Source: Spirochaetota bacterium (GTDB lineage Bacteria > Spirochaetota > UBA4802 > UBA5550). Taken from it: DNA of 64,000 nt. Location: the NCBI GenBank assembly GCA_963664815.2, contig CAXXHB010000003.1, positions 1,984,001-2,048,000 of the forward strand. Direction: 5' to 3'. The notes under the pieces were generated by a model. That model saw nothing but the letters and a program-made list of their open reading frames with translations, ran no database searches and was not told where the DNA came from. This document shows, one piece after another, positions 43,578-54,059 of this stretch; position 1 is the stretch's first letter; each line of letters begins with the position of its first letter. Made by a program: the position numbers and the translations under genes.

Positions 43578-45755
43578 ATGAATGGTGTAAGGGGTGTTAT
43601 CACTGATGATGTCGAAAAAACTGTAGACAGGGTAATTGAACATGTAGGCAAAGAGATTAATTTTACAATGACACTTGGTCTTGGTAAGCCGGCAATGTTT
43701 ATAAATGAACTGTATAGACGCGCTAAAGAGGATCCTGAGATAAAACTGAAAATAATTACAGCTCTTGCGCTGGAAAAACCAAAAGGAAAAAGTGAACTTG
43801 AAAAGCGTATCGCAAAACCTATTGCAGAAAGAATATTCTCTGGAACTCCTGAATTTGATTACATGATTGATTTCCGCGCCGGTAAGCTTCCTGAAAATGT
43901 TGAGATACTTGAGTTTTTCAATAAAGCCGGTGGATATATGGACAATTACGTAGCACAGCAGAATCACATTAATTCCAATTATACACACATAGTTCGTGAT
44001 GCTTACAATATGGGTGCTAATGTTTTCGGGCAGCTTTTAGGATGCAAAGAGATAAATGGAAAAATGATGTACTCAATGGGGTGCAATACGGATATATGTG
44101 TAGAAGCAAATGCCAAGGTTGACTACGCAAGATCTATTGGTAAAAAAATGGCAATCGTCGCAGAGGTAAATGAAAATATGCCCTTTATGTATGGTGATGC
44201 GGTTTATGAAGCTGAATCATTCGATATACTTCTAAAAGGACCAAAATTCAACTATCCTTTATTCGCTCCTCCAAAAGATGCAGTAAATGTCAAAGATTAT
44301 ATGATAGGAATCAATGTAAGCACACTAATCAAAGACGGCGGTACACTTCAGGTTGGAATTGGGGCTCTGGGGGATGCAATAGTTGCAAGTCTGGAGATGA
44401 GACATTCACTGAATGATCTTTACAGGGAAATCATTGAAAAAGCGGGTCTTATTAATAAATATGACACACTAATTAAAGATTACGGCGGAACAGGAACGTT
44501 TGAACAGGGACTTTATGGATCCTCTGAGATGTTTGTAGATGCTTTTATGCAGTTATATAAACAGGGAATTCTAAAAAGAAAGGTTTTTGATAATATCACT
44601 TTAATGAGGCTTATCAATTCAGGTAAACTCACTCCGGACAATATACCATCAGACATTCTTGAACTTCTGCATAGTGAAGAAGGCATTCACTTTAATCTTA
44701 GAGAAAAAGATTTTGATATGCTGATGAAATATGGCATATTGAAAGATGGCCTTTCATATAAAGATGGTTGTATATATGACGGTAAAACACAATATATGAC
44801 AGATCTTAATAATGAAAAAAACCTGACCGATATTAAAAAACTTCTAGGGAAAAAGCTTAAAAACGGACAGGTAATACTTGGAGCGTTTTTCCTTGGACCG
44901 AAATCTTTCTATGATGCCTTAAACGAGATGAGTGAAGATGAAAGATCACAATTTGGTATGTCCGGAGTTGAAAAAGTAAACCAGCTTTATGGTGGTGAAG
45001 AGCTGCGTGCTCTTCAGAGAAAAGACGGAAGATTCATAAATACCGGAATGCTCGCCAATGTTTTGGGAGCCATTACATCAGACCAGCTTGAAGATGGAAG
45101 AATTGTTAGCGGCATAGGGGGGCAATACAATTTTGTATCTATGGCGCATGCTCTTCCAGACGCCAGACTTATTATGATGCTGAGAAGTACAAGAGGGTCA
45201 GGGAAAAGTCTTACATCAAATATCGTGTTCAATTATGGTCACTGTTCAATTCCGCGACATTTGAGGGACATTGTTGTAACAGAATATGGAATTGCCGATA
45301 TCCGTGGAAAACGTGATAAAGATGTTATTGCGGAGATGATTAATATCGCAGATTCAAGATTCCAGCAACAGCTTGTTGATCAGGCAAAAAAAGCAAAAAA
45401 GCTGCCGGCAGATTATGAAATTCCTGAAATATACAGGAATAATACTCCAGAACAAATACAGAAATTTATGAAACCATACCAGGAAATGGGGCATTTCAGA
45501 CAGTTTCCCTATGGAACAGATCTTCTTCCGGAAGAAGTTGATCTTGGCGTATCGCTTAAATTATTTAATAACTTTAAGAATGAACATCTGTTTAAAACAG
45601 GAATAGGATTATTGCTGGAGATTTTCAGAGCTGTTCCTGATAAAGCTGTACCTTATCTTAAAATAATGGAACTTGAAAAACCTGCTAATTTAAATGAAAG
45701 ATTGATGCGCAATATTGTTCTTCTTGCTTTAAGAAAAAATAAAAAAATATCATAG
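43578..45755 (+). CDS. acetyl-CoA hydrolase/CoA-transferase family protein (long form)
   Basis: DGGTLQVGIG, SEMFVD, SGIGGQYNF, VVTEYGIA. Confidence 0.9.
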   Translation: MNGVRGVITDDVEKTVDRVIEHVGKEINFTMTLGLGKPAMFINELYRRAKEDPEIKLKIITALALEKPKGKSELEKRIAKPIAERIFSGTPEFDYMIDFRAGKLPENVEILEFFNKAGGYMDNYVAQQNHINSNYTHIVRDAYNMGANVFGQLLGCKEINGKMMYSMGCNTDICVEANAKVDYARSIGKKMAIVAEVNENMPFMYGDAVYEAESFDILLKGPKFNYPLFAPPKDAVNVKDYMIGINVSTLIKDGGTLQVGIGALGDAIVASLEMRHSLNDLYREIIEKAGLINKYDTLIKDYGGTGTFEQGLYGSSEMFVDAFMQLYKQGILKRKVFDNITLMRLINSGKLTPDNIPSDILELLHSEEGIHFNLREKDFDMLMKYGILKDGLSYKDGCIYDGKTQYMTDLNNEKNLTDIKKLLGKKLKNGQVILGAFFLGPKSFYDALNEMSEDERSQFGMSGVEKVNQLYGGEELRALQRKDGRFINTGMLANVLGAITSDQLEDGRIVSGIGGQYNFVSMAHALPDARLIMMLRSTRGSGKSLTSNIVFNYGHCSIPRHLRDIVVTEYGIADIRGKRDKDVIAEMINIADSRFQQQLVDQAKKAKKLPADYEIPEIYRNNTPEQIQKFMKPYQEMGHFRQFPYGTDLLPEEVDLGVSLKLFNNFKNEHLFKTGIGLLLEIFRAVPDKAVPYLKIMELEKPANLNERLMRNIVLLALRKNKKIS

Positions 45756-45786
45756 TATTAGATATTTATAATAATTAATATAAATA

Positions 45787-45819
45787 TTCACCAGGGATCT
45801 GAAAATATTCCCTGGTGAA
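45787..45819. terminator. hairpin between convergent genes
   Basis: TTCACCAGGGA-N11-TCCCTGGTGAA. Confidence 0.6.
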
Positions 45820-45893
45820 AAATCATTTTCCATTTTTTACTTTTATGTTTCCATATTGAACTTAGTATTAAATAACAAACTATCAGATCTTTA

Positions 45894-46199
45894 TCAACAA
45901 CAGGAATTTCCTCCTTGTATTACAAATCCTGAACCGTATCTGTCAGTTCTGAAATCAATTAAAAGCAGACTTTTAGTATTGATATAATTTGTCAGCCTTG
46001 CATCATAAACTACATTAATTCCGTTATCCTTAATCACATTCTGATCTTTTTCACTTAGTTCATCCAGAACTAAACCCATACGGGGTCCGCCTCAACCAAA
46101 ACCGTTTACATTAATTCTTATAACCGGATTTTTATATCCAGACCCCTTCATCAATTCCAGAACTTCATTTTTAGCATTTTCAGAAACTTTTATTGCCAT
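45894..46199 (-). CDS. HesB/IscA-like selenoprotein (Sec at codon 36, UGA 46094-46092), 101 aa
   Basis: GAGGGG RBS; MAIKVSENAKNEV...IRINVNGFG-U-GGPRMGLVLDE...GGNSCC; SECIS-like hairpin downstream of the UGA. Confidence 0.88.
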
Positions 46200-46413
46200 A
46201 ACATTTTAACCCCTCAAGCATTTAATTGTTTACAATATAGTAAATTACTTAAATATCGTCAATACGATTTATAAAATTTTTATTAAATCCGATAAAAATA
46301 CTTTTAAATCCTTTTATTAATAATTTGGAAACGTTTTCAATTTTCAATTGTCATAAACTTCAGTATATTAAATTATTCACATTAAAATTATTCTCTGTCA
46401 AAGTGGAGGCCTT

Positions 46414-47775
46414 ATGAATAAACATTTCAATCTCATTGTAATAGGGGGAGACGGTGCGGGGATGGGTGCGGCATCACAGGCAAGGAGAATAAACAAGAAT
46501 ATGACTATCGCAGTATTTGAACGTGGTGAACACGTATCCTATGCCGCATGTGGAATGCCCTACTACATCTCAGATGATATAACAGATGTAAAATCACTTA
46601 TTGCCATAGATGTCGATGAGTTTATTAATAAAAAGAATATTTTAATAAACACACTTTCAGAAGTAACAGAAGTTGACTTTAATACAAAAACCATATCAGT
46701 CAAATTTGATGGTCATACTAATAATTACAATTATGACCGTTTAATAATTGCTACAGGAGCATCTGCATCAGTGCCCTTAATACCCGGAATAGAAAATAAA
46801 AATGTTTTCCTGCTCAGAACTTTGAGAAACGGTATTGATATAAAAAACTTTTTGGCAGGCAAAAAACCCGCCTCAGTTATACTGATAGGAGGTGGAGTTA
46901 TCAGCCTTGAGCTTGCTGAAACTTTTATTAAAAAAGACATCAAGGTAACTATACTTGAAAAAATGGATTCAATAGCTTCACTTACTTCTCCGGAAATACA
47001 GAAAATAATATTTGATACACTTATAGAAAAAGGTGCTGAAATAAAAACCGGGCTCAATATTGAAAGTATAGTTTCCGAAGCGGATAATCTTTCGGTAAAC
47101 ACAAGTTGCGGAAAATTCAGATCGGATTTTATTATTGTATCTACCGGTGCAAAGCCGAATACATCTCTGTTTATAAACTCGGATTTAAAAATCTCACCTC
47201 ATGGTGCCATAATAATCGATGAAAAATGCAGAACAAATATAGAAAACGTATTTGCTGCCGGAGACTGCTGCACAGTAAAAAATCTGATTACAGGTAAAGA
47301 CGATTATATACCGATAGCAACAACTGCCAACAAACAGGGAAGAGTTGCAGGTCTGCAGGCTGCTGATGTTAAAACTGAAATTTTCAAAGGGGCTATTGGT
47401 TCCCAGATGATTAAAATATTTGAGCTTGAAGTAGCTAAAACCGGATTCAACAAGGCAGATGCAGCAAAACATGGAATACCGGTAATTGAAGAGTTTATAG
47501 AATGGAAATCGAGAGCAGGCTATTACCCTGGATCTGATAAAATATTTGTAAAACTTACAGTTAGAGAAGACAACAGAAAGTTAATAGGTGGAGAAATAGC
47601 AGGGGTTGATGGTGCCGCGTTAAGGATTAATACAATTGCGGCTGCAATTACATCCGGTATGACCATTGAAGACTTTGCCTATCTTGATACAGGGTACTCG
47701 CCTCCGTTTTCACCAGTATGGGATCCTGTTGTCGCTGCCGCCCAGAATTTCATTAAACGCGTCCCTGTAATATGA
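46414..47775 (+). CDS. CoA-disulfide reductase / NADH oxidase family flavoprotein
   Basis: IGGDGAG, SYAACGMPY, ATGA, GDC, YSPPFSPVWD. Confidence 0.92.
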   Translation: MNKHFNLIVIGGDGAGMGAASQARRINKNMTIAVFERGEHVSYAACGMPYYISDDITDVKSLIAIDVDEFINKKNILINTLSEVTEVDFNTKTISVKFDGHTNNYNYDRLIIATGASASVPLIPGIENKNVFLLRTLRNGIDIKNFLAGKKPASVILIGGGVISLELAETFIKKDIKVTILEKMDSIASLTSPEIQKIIFDTLIEKGAEIKTGLNIESIVSEADNLSVNTSCGKFRSDFIIVSTGAKPNTSLFINSDLKISPHGAIIIDEKCRTNIENVFAAGDCCTVKNLITGKDDYIPIATTANKQGRVAGLQAADVKTEIFKGAIGSQMIKIFELEVAKTGFNKADAAKHGIPVIEEFIEWKSRAGYYPGSDKIFVKLTVREDNRKLIGGEIAGVDGAALRINTIAAAITSGMTIEDFAYLDTGYSPPFSPVWDPVVAAAQNFIKRVPVI

Positions 47776-47804
47776 CATATTTCTTTTTATAATTTCAAAT
47801 GATC

Positions 47805-47841
47805 TATATCTCACCTCCACAGAAAGCGTTGGTGAGATATA
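47805..47841. terminator. hairpin between convergent genes
   Basis: TATATCTCACC-N15-GGTGAGATATA. Confidence 0.55.
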
Positions 47842-47902
47842 ATCGTTAAATTTACGCGAAAATATCTTTTAAAAAATTAACATCTCATTAAAACAATGCT
47901 GT

Positions 47903-48829
47903 CTATTTACCATTCTTTATTATATTAACAGGTGGTGCACTCTGCATTACCTTTGCGCCTGCAGGAACTGATTCTGTTATCCAGACATTTCCACCCACTT
48001 CCGATCCTTTCCCTATTGTAATTCTGCCAAGAACTGTTGCACCGGAATAAATGATAACATCATCTTCAACAATCGGATGCCTTGGAACATTTTTTACAGG
48101 GTTCCCATTCTCATCAAGCTGGAAGCTTTTTGCTCCGAGTGTAACTCCCTGGTATATCCTTACATTGTTCCCTATTATACAGGTCTCACCGATAACTGTA
48201 CCTGTACCATGATCTATGAAAAAGTATTCACCAACCTGTGCTCCGGGATGTATATCTATACCTGTACGGGAGTGAGCCATTTCTGAAATTATACGGGGTA
48301 TCAGCGGAACTTCAAGCTTATACAGTTCATGCGCAATACGGTGATATGTCATCGCCATTATGCTCGGATAACAGAAAATAGTCTCTGCGATACTTTTCGC
48401 CGCAGGATCACCTATATACGCAGCTTTCGCATCATAGGCAAGCATGCGTCTTATATCAGGAAGCCGCTCTATAAATTTTTCGGTCATTACATTTGCCCTC
48501 TCCTCACAGTCAAGGCATGTAGCATCATTTGTATTGCATGTAAAACAGAATCCTCTTTTAATCTGCTCAGTCATACTTCGGTAAATTCTGTCTAGCTTTG
48601 CCCCTGTGTAGTAACTGACTGTTTCTTTATTAATTTCAGAATTACGGAAGTAACCGGGGAAAAGAACGGATCGTATAAGCTCTATAGTCTCCTTTAAATC
48701 ATCGATAGAAGGCATTGGAACATCATGTCCCGATATATGAAAGACGTCGCTGTAAAGCTGCTGATCTGACAGTCTCTGCACTATCGAATCAAATCGTCCT
48801 CTAAAAAAAGAATCATTTATTATAGTCAT
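47903..48829 (-). CDS. cysE: serine O-acetyltransferase
   Basis: GDPAA, GIDIHPGA, FIDHGTG, YQGVTLG, RHP; AGGAG RBS before ATG 48829. Confidence 0.93.
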   Translation of the reverse strand: MTIINDSFFRGRFDSIVQRLSDQQLYSDVFHISGHDVPMPSIDDLKETIELIRSVLFPGYFRNSEINKETVSYYTGAKLDRIYRSMTEQIKRGFCFTCNTNDATCLDCEERANVMTEKFIERLPDIRRMLAYDAKAAYIGDPAAKSIAETIFCYPSIMAMTYHRIAHELYKLEVPLIPRIISEMAHSRTGIDIHPGAQVGEYFFIDHGTGTVIGETCIIGNNVRIYQGVTLGAKSFQLDENGNPVKNVPRHPIVEDDVIIYSGATVLGRITIGKGSEVGGNVWITESVPAGAKVMQSAPPVNIIKNGK

Positions 48830-48935
48830 ATCAAGCTCCTTGATGAAAGACACTTTCAGACAAGAGTATATCATTTTCAAGGAAAAATAAATATTTTATA
48901 TCTGGAAATAAATGATTCATTAACAGTTGTTTTTT

Positions 48936-50408
48936 TTATAAACCTTTAACGTCCCTCGGTGTAAAATAATCCTCGGTTCCATAGGGATCTTTTAACTCCT
49001 CGCCCGATTTAAAATTAAGTTTATGTTTTCCTCTACCCGTGAGGAATTTATTAAGATTAAGATTTACTTTTTCCGGCAGCTGAATTCCTGATTGGGTCAT
49101 TATCTGCCTGAGTAATGTTTCAGATTTTTTGGAGAAAGCAACTGAATCTCCAAGAATCCTGGATGCCTCAGTTGAATTATGAAATCCCACTGAATTTTCA
49201 GCACTGATGAAATTAAGTCTGATAAATCCCTGCATATATGAATCCTTGGCTTTCGAATAAAGAGTCATATCAACTTTTGTTCCTTTAGCCTGATTTTCAT
49301 GCAGTATTTCAAACAGTCTCGCTGCTGTTGCGCTGGCATATCCCGCCCTGGTCAACAGTGAGAGCGTTCTATCCTGTATCGTAAATACCTGTTTTTTAAG
49401 CCAATCTGCAGATTCTGTATGGCACTGGGCGCATGCAACAAAGTCCTGCTTAACAGGGCTTGCAAGATCATGTACAGATATTTTATATGAGCCTACCCTT
49501 TTATACGGCATATGACAATCAGCACATGCAAGCCCGGCATTGAAATGCACGCTCCCTTTTGTAAACAACTCAAACTCGGGATGTCTTACAAAAGGCATAT
49601 CGAACCCGGTTACGTTCTGTTTCCATTCTATACGTCTGGTATCGGTAAGCAGGTCTTTAATTATGTTCTCTATTGAGATATCCCCCCATTTTCCACCTGT
49701 CCAGGGAAGTTCAACATCCCCGTTTACTTTCTTGTCCGGCGTTCTCGGCACATAATAAGTTATGTGACACTGTGCACAAGCCAGAATTCTTCTTTCCTGT
49801 CTTGTAATATCTTTTTTACCGATAAGTTTAAGACCGTTTTCAAGATGAGTTTTGTTTGTGCGTAGAGACATATCTGCAGGATTATGACAATCTGCACACG
49901 AAGGACCAATTTGTCTCATCTTTTCGGGGTACATGTTAAGAGCATCACTGAATTTGGCGGTAAGATATTTCATCCCATACTGTTCGGTATATGATTTATG
50001 CAGAGGAGACTTGCATGCAAGACAGACACCTCCTGCTTTCGTTCTTGAAGGATCAATCTCAATCTGATCAATTATTGCATAATGATGGCCGCGGGGTTCA
50101 TTATATTCAACGCCAAATCCCCAGCCGTTGAACAGAAGCCCGAGGAATGGGAATTCACTGAGTTTATCATAGATTATTTTGTCAGTATCAAAACCCTTTT
50201 TATACATACTTTTACCTGAAGGTCTCGGTTCCTCGGTTTTTTTCCATGACTCATACTGTAGAGGAAATATTTTCCCCCATACTTCCGGATCAAATTCATT
50301 TTCGGCTATTGAACCTGCTTTGAACATTTCCGGCTTGCTCCCACCACAGGAAAAAACAAAAAATGACGTAATTATTGCAGTTATTATCAATATTGAAATT
50401 CTCTTCAT
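48936..50408 (-). CDS. nrfA: ammonia-forming cytochrome c nitrite reductase
   Basis: YNEPRGH, CxxCK (CLACK) plus four CxxCH, RHPEFE, ENSVGFHN; lipoprotein start MKRISILI at 50408. Confidence 0.96.
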   Translation of the reverse strand: MKRISILIITAIITSFFVFSCGGSKPEMFKAGSIAENEFDPEVWGKIFPLQYESWKKTEEPRPSGKSMYKKGFDTDKIIYDKLSEFPFLGLLFNGWGFGVEYNEPRGHHYAIIDQIEIDPSRTKAGGVCLACKSPLHKSYTEQYGMKYLTAKFSDALNMYPEKMRQIGPSCADCHNPADMSLRTNKTHLENGLKLIGKKDITRQERRILACAQCHITYYVPRTPDKKVNGDVELPWTGGKWGDISIENIIKDLLTDTRRIEWKQNVTGFDMPFVRHPEFELFTKGSVHFNAGLACADCHMPYKRVGSYKISVHDLASPVKQDFVACAQCHTESADWLKKQVFTIQDRTLSLLTRAGYASATAARLFEILHENQAKGTKVDMTLYSKAKDSYMQGFIRLNFISAENSVGFHNSTEASRILGDSVAFSKKSETLLRQIMTQSGIQLPEKVNLNLNKFLTGRGKHKLNFKSGEELKDPYGTEDYFTPRDVKGL

Positions 50409-50422
50409 AAACCTACCTCTCT

Positions 50423-50887
50423 TTATTTCATCATACCATACGACGGGAATGTATGATTTACCTTTCTGTGACAAGACCAGCAATCCCTGTCTTCAGTGTT
50501 TATAACCGAAACCATCCCCTCATGGCACCTGAGACAGTTTTCTTTTACTATTTTTTTACCGTGGCTTGATATTCCTATTTTTTCTGAATAAATTCCTGTA
50601 TGGAACACCGCCAAATCCTTCATTCCATCAAGCCCTTTCCAGATAAAATACCTCACACCGCTGGTATTAGGAAGGTGACAATCTACACATTTGATGTTGC
50701 GATGCAATCCGGTCATAAACCAGGTTTCATATTCTTCATTCATAACGTGACACGTATTACAGTAATCCGGAAGTGAAGTCTTATGGAACATATCGGGAGG
50801 CCCCCATAAAACAAAGATCATAACAAGAGATATTCCAGCTGCGAAAAGGATATACATCCTTAATTTATTAATATTAAATTTATTCAT
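50423..50887 (-). CDS. nrfH: tetraheme quinol dehydrogenase NrfH
   Basis: N-terminal TM helix, four CxxCH (first is CNTCHVM), adjacent to nrfA. Confidence 0.94.
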   Translation of the reverse strand: MNKFNINKLRMYILFAAGISLVMIFVLWGPPDMFHKTSLPDYCNTCHVMNEEYETWFMTGLHRNIKCVDCHLPNTSGVRYFIWKGLDGMKDLAVFHTGIYSEKIGISSHGKKIVKENCLRCHEGMVSVINTEDRDCWSCHRKVNHTFPSYGMMK

Positions 50888-50969
50888 ATCGATCTACCCA
50901 TCGATCTACCTGGTTAATTTTTGTTTTATTTATTATATAAAAGATGCAGGACAAAAACAATATTTAATT

Positions 50970-51899
50970 TTAAATTTTCTTTCTTTTTTCTGAATTAATC
51001 GTAAGAGCTATCCCGGAAATAACAATCAATCCACCGATAAACTGCAGGTTACTTACAGGTTCATCAAGCAATATAGTCGAGAATATCACACCAAGTACGG
51101 GTACAAGGTTCATCAGTGTAATAGCTGAACTTGAAGATAGGCCTTTCAATCCGTAGGCATAAAGCAGAAATGCAAAGAATGAACAGAAAAGTCCCAGATA
51201 AAGACACGCTGTCAAAGATTCTGACGTGGCAGGAATCCAGCTTTTATTTTCTGTCCATGCAAGCGGGAGAAATAAAACAGCTCCCGCCGCAGTCTGATAA
51301 AATGTTATAACAAATGGAGAGTATTTATTTACAAACCTGCGTGTCATAAAATTATAAAAAGACCAGATAACACCTGCACCTGCAAGAATAATATCACCTA
51401 TTAACCGGTATGCTCCACTGATACTTGAGCTTTCCATTACAATTAAATAAACTCCTGCAACTGCAAGAAGAATCCCCATAAAAGAAATCTTTAAAAACTT
51501 TCTATCATAAATAATCATTTCAAGAAATATAGATATTGCTGGATATGAGGCAATGATCAGCGCTGCATCTGTACTTGTTGATAGCTTAACACCAATGTTT
51601 TCCATTGAGAAATATATTGTTACACCAAGAGAACCACTGAGTATCAATAAAGAAAAATCCTTAAAATCCATACGAACAAATCCACTCTTTGCAAACAGTA
51701 CAGCACCAAGAAGAGACGTAGCAAAGATAAAGCGCAAAGCGCCTAGTGTCAGTGGAGGAAATGTTGTCATTGCTTTTTTCGTTGCAATAAAGGATATACT
51801 CCAGATGATTACTGCAGTTACAACTGCTATCGTATGTTTTTTCCTCCTGAATAAACCCGCCATAATATATTTTATTCTTATAAAAATCGAAATGAACAT
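50970..51899 (-). CDS. DMT/EamA family transporter
   Basis: About ten TM helices, IIWSISFIATK, two EamA repeats. Confidence 0.9.
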   Translation of the reverse strand: MFISIFIRIKYIMAGLFRRKKHTIAVVTAVIIWSISFIATKKAMTTFPPLTLGALRFIFATSLLGAVLFAKSGFVRMDFKDFSLLILSGSLGVTIYFSMENIGVKLSTSTDAALIIASYPAISIFLEMIIYDRKFLKISFMGILLAVAGVYLIVMESSSISGAYRLIGDIILAGAGVIWSFYNFMTRRFVNKYSPFVITFYQTAAGAVLFLPLAWTENKSWIPATSESLTACLYLGLFCSFFAFLLYAYGLKGLSSSSAITLMNLVPVLGVIFSTILLDEPVSNLQFIGGLIVISGIALTINSEKRKKI

Positions 51900-52004
51900 A
51901 GTTTTCTCCTTATTACATCCTGTTGATGAATATCCAGTTTCAGTAAAATCAGCATCAATAACTGATTTTTTATTTAATCATAATGGTAGCGGTAAAAGCT
52001 GGTT

Positions 52005-52895
52005 TTATACGTTCATCGGATTATCCGGATAATGATCATATGAATACCTAAAGTTCTGATTTTGATGCTTTACCGGGTGTACTGCATTTAAATACTGACG
52101 CGGTGTAATGCCGGTAAATCTTTTAAAACTGTTTGAAAAATGGCTTTGATCACTGAAACCGAGTTCCATCGCGACCTGTACAAGTGGCAGATTCGTTTCA
52201 ATTAATTTTTTAGCTTTGCTTATTCTCAGACTTTCAAGATATGAATGTGGAGGCATCCCTGTTTCATTGCGGAATATTCTCAGCAGGTAATATCTGCTCA
52301 GTCCTGCGTACTCAGACAATTCTGTTAATGTAATCTTTTCTGAAATATTATCATGTATATAATCAGAAACTTTTTTTACTACAGACTTTTCTCTTGCTAT
52401 TTTAAATACTTTCGGTCTTATTTCGGTATAATCAGAAATCAGTTTTGCAAGCACTGACAGAAAATTATATTCACGTTCAATTGGTGAAGTTTCGTTTATA
52501 AGTGAGATATGTAACTCTTTTACTGCTTTAGCAATGCCGGGATCGTCAACTCTCAGCTTTGAAAAAATTGGCATACTATTATCTTTTTCGGTAAGATCTA
52601 ACACAACTTTCTTCATATGTTTTTCTGTAGGATATAGCGCCCTGTACTCAAATCCGTTTTTATCCACAGGTTCACCGGTATGATCATCACCGGGATTAAG
52701 CAAAATAAGGCCACCCGGGGGTGTCAGATGTTTTGTTCTGCGGTGTCTGAAAGACTGCAAGCCGCTTTCTATAAAGCATATAACAAAATATTCGTGCATA
52801 TGGACAGGGAATCCGTCTTTTATACATACAGCCTGATAAAACTCGAGGTCGAGCTGTTCATCATTCCACAATCTGCTCCATTCATACGCTGTCAT
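52005..52895 (-). CDS. AraC family transcriptional regulator
   Basis: Cupin HMHE, and GFSDQSHFSNSFKRFTGITP. Confidence 0.93.
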   Translation of the reverse strand: MTAYEWSRLWNDEQLDLEFYQAVCIKDGFPVHMHEYFVICFIESGLQSFRHRRTKHLTPPGGLILLNPGDDHTGEPVDKNGFEYRALYPTEKHMKKVVLDLTEKDNSMPIFSKLRVDDPGIAKAVKELHISLINETSPIEREYNFLSVLAKLISDYTEIRPKVFKIAREKSVVKKVSDYIHDNISEKITLTELSEYAGLSRYYLLRIFRNETGMPPHSYLESLRISKAKKLIETNLPLVQVAMELGFSDQSHFSNSFKRFTGITPRQYLNAVHPVKHQNQNFRYSYDHYPDNPMNV

Positions 52896-53283
52896 ATCTA
52901 TACCTTAAATTAACTTAAAAGCCCTGTAACAGTAATAATTAAAATCATAATGAAAGACATCTCTCATTTATATTACAGCTCATTGTTGTTAAATTATCAG
53001 TTATCTCCAGAATCTGTGTCTTCGTGAACATGTAATACATTTCTATATTTAATATATTTTTTAATTATTACTGAAACATATCATTACTATTGCATGTTAT
53101 TTACAATTAATCTTGTAAAATATTGCTTTATTTGTTATAAAATTTATTTTTAAAGTAGGATTATTTAAATTATGATTTTTTAATACGCGGTTATCAGGTT
53201 GAAGGGTTATAGTCTTATTTAAAAAAAACAGACAGTTAAATATATGAAATAAAATTTATATCCGTTCAATTTTTAAATATCTA

Positions 53284-54030
53284 TTATTCGTATCTCGATA
53301 TAATCTCTCTGGTGAGGGCCATATAGTCATCGGCTCCGTTACTTTCAGGTTTATATTCAAAAATAGTTTTACCCCAGCTTGGAGCCTCCTGAAGCGCAAC
53401 ATTTTCTCTTATAAATGTGTTAAAGAGTTTACCGGGGAGTCTTCTTTCAGTCTCTTCCATAACCTCCCTGTTAATACTTTTTTTGGGATTATACATTGTA
53501 CCTATAATTCCGGTTACTTCAATATTTCTGTTAATTCTCTTTTTTACCATCTGAACAGCTTCAAAGAGATTATACATTCCATGGAATGGAAGAAACTGAG
53601 CCTGAAGCGGTACAAGGATAAATTCACTTATTGCCATCGCATTCAGTGTCAGTACTCCAAGTGACGGCGGGCAGTCCAGAAGGACATAATCGTATCCGGT
53701 AAGCCCCTCCATTGCCTCTTTAAGAAGAAATTCTTTTGCCGGGAGAGGGATGAATTCTATATTACGCATTTCCGGATTAGCAGGGAGTAAATCAATTCCG
53801 CTTCTGTTTATTATAATTTCGGTATAATCTTTCTCACCTTTTAAAACATCATATATGGATACTGCAACCTGGTTGGGGTTTATTCCAAAATGATATGTAG
53901 ACTGGGCCTGATGATCCATATCAATAACCATAACTTTTTTCCCAAGTATCTGCATTGCTGCTGCTACATTGACTGTTGTGGTAGTCTTCCCGACTCCGCC
54001 TTTGTTATTTGATATTGATATAATTTTCAT
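53284..54030 (-). CDS. ParA/Soj family ATPase (orphan)
   Basis: KGGVGKTTT, DCPPSLG, EAPSWG. Confidence 0.93.
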   Translation of the reverse strand: MKIISISNNKGGVGKTTTTVNVAAAMQILGKKVMVIDMDHQAQSTYHFGINPNQVAVSIYDVLKGEKDYTEIIINRSGIDLLPANPEMRNIEFIPLPAKEFLLKEAMEGLTGYDYVLLDCPPSLGVLTLNAMAISEFILVPLQAQFLPFHGMYNLFEAVQMVKKRINRNIEVTGIIGTMYNPKKSINREVMEETERRLPGKLFNTFIRENVALQEAPSWGKTIFEYKPESNGADDYMALTREIISRYE

Positions 54031-54059
54031 TTAAGCTCCTGAATTAATATTTTTTTCTG

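Noticed and set aside
45894-46199. Interpretation as a pseudogene or as a UGA-reassigned genetic code
   Set aside because: The UGA falls on the conserved Cys position with a SECIS-like hairpin, while many other genes here (obgE, rpmA, ptsI) end normally at TGA
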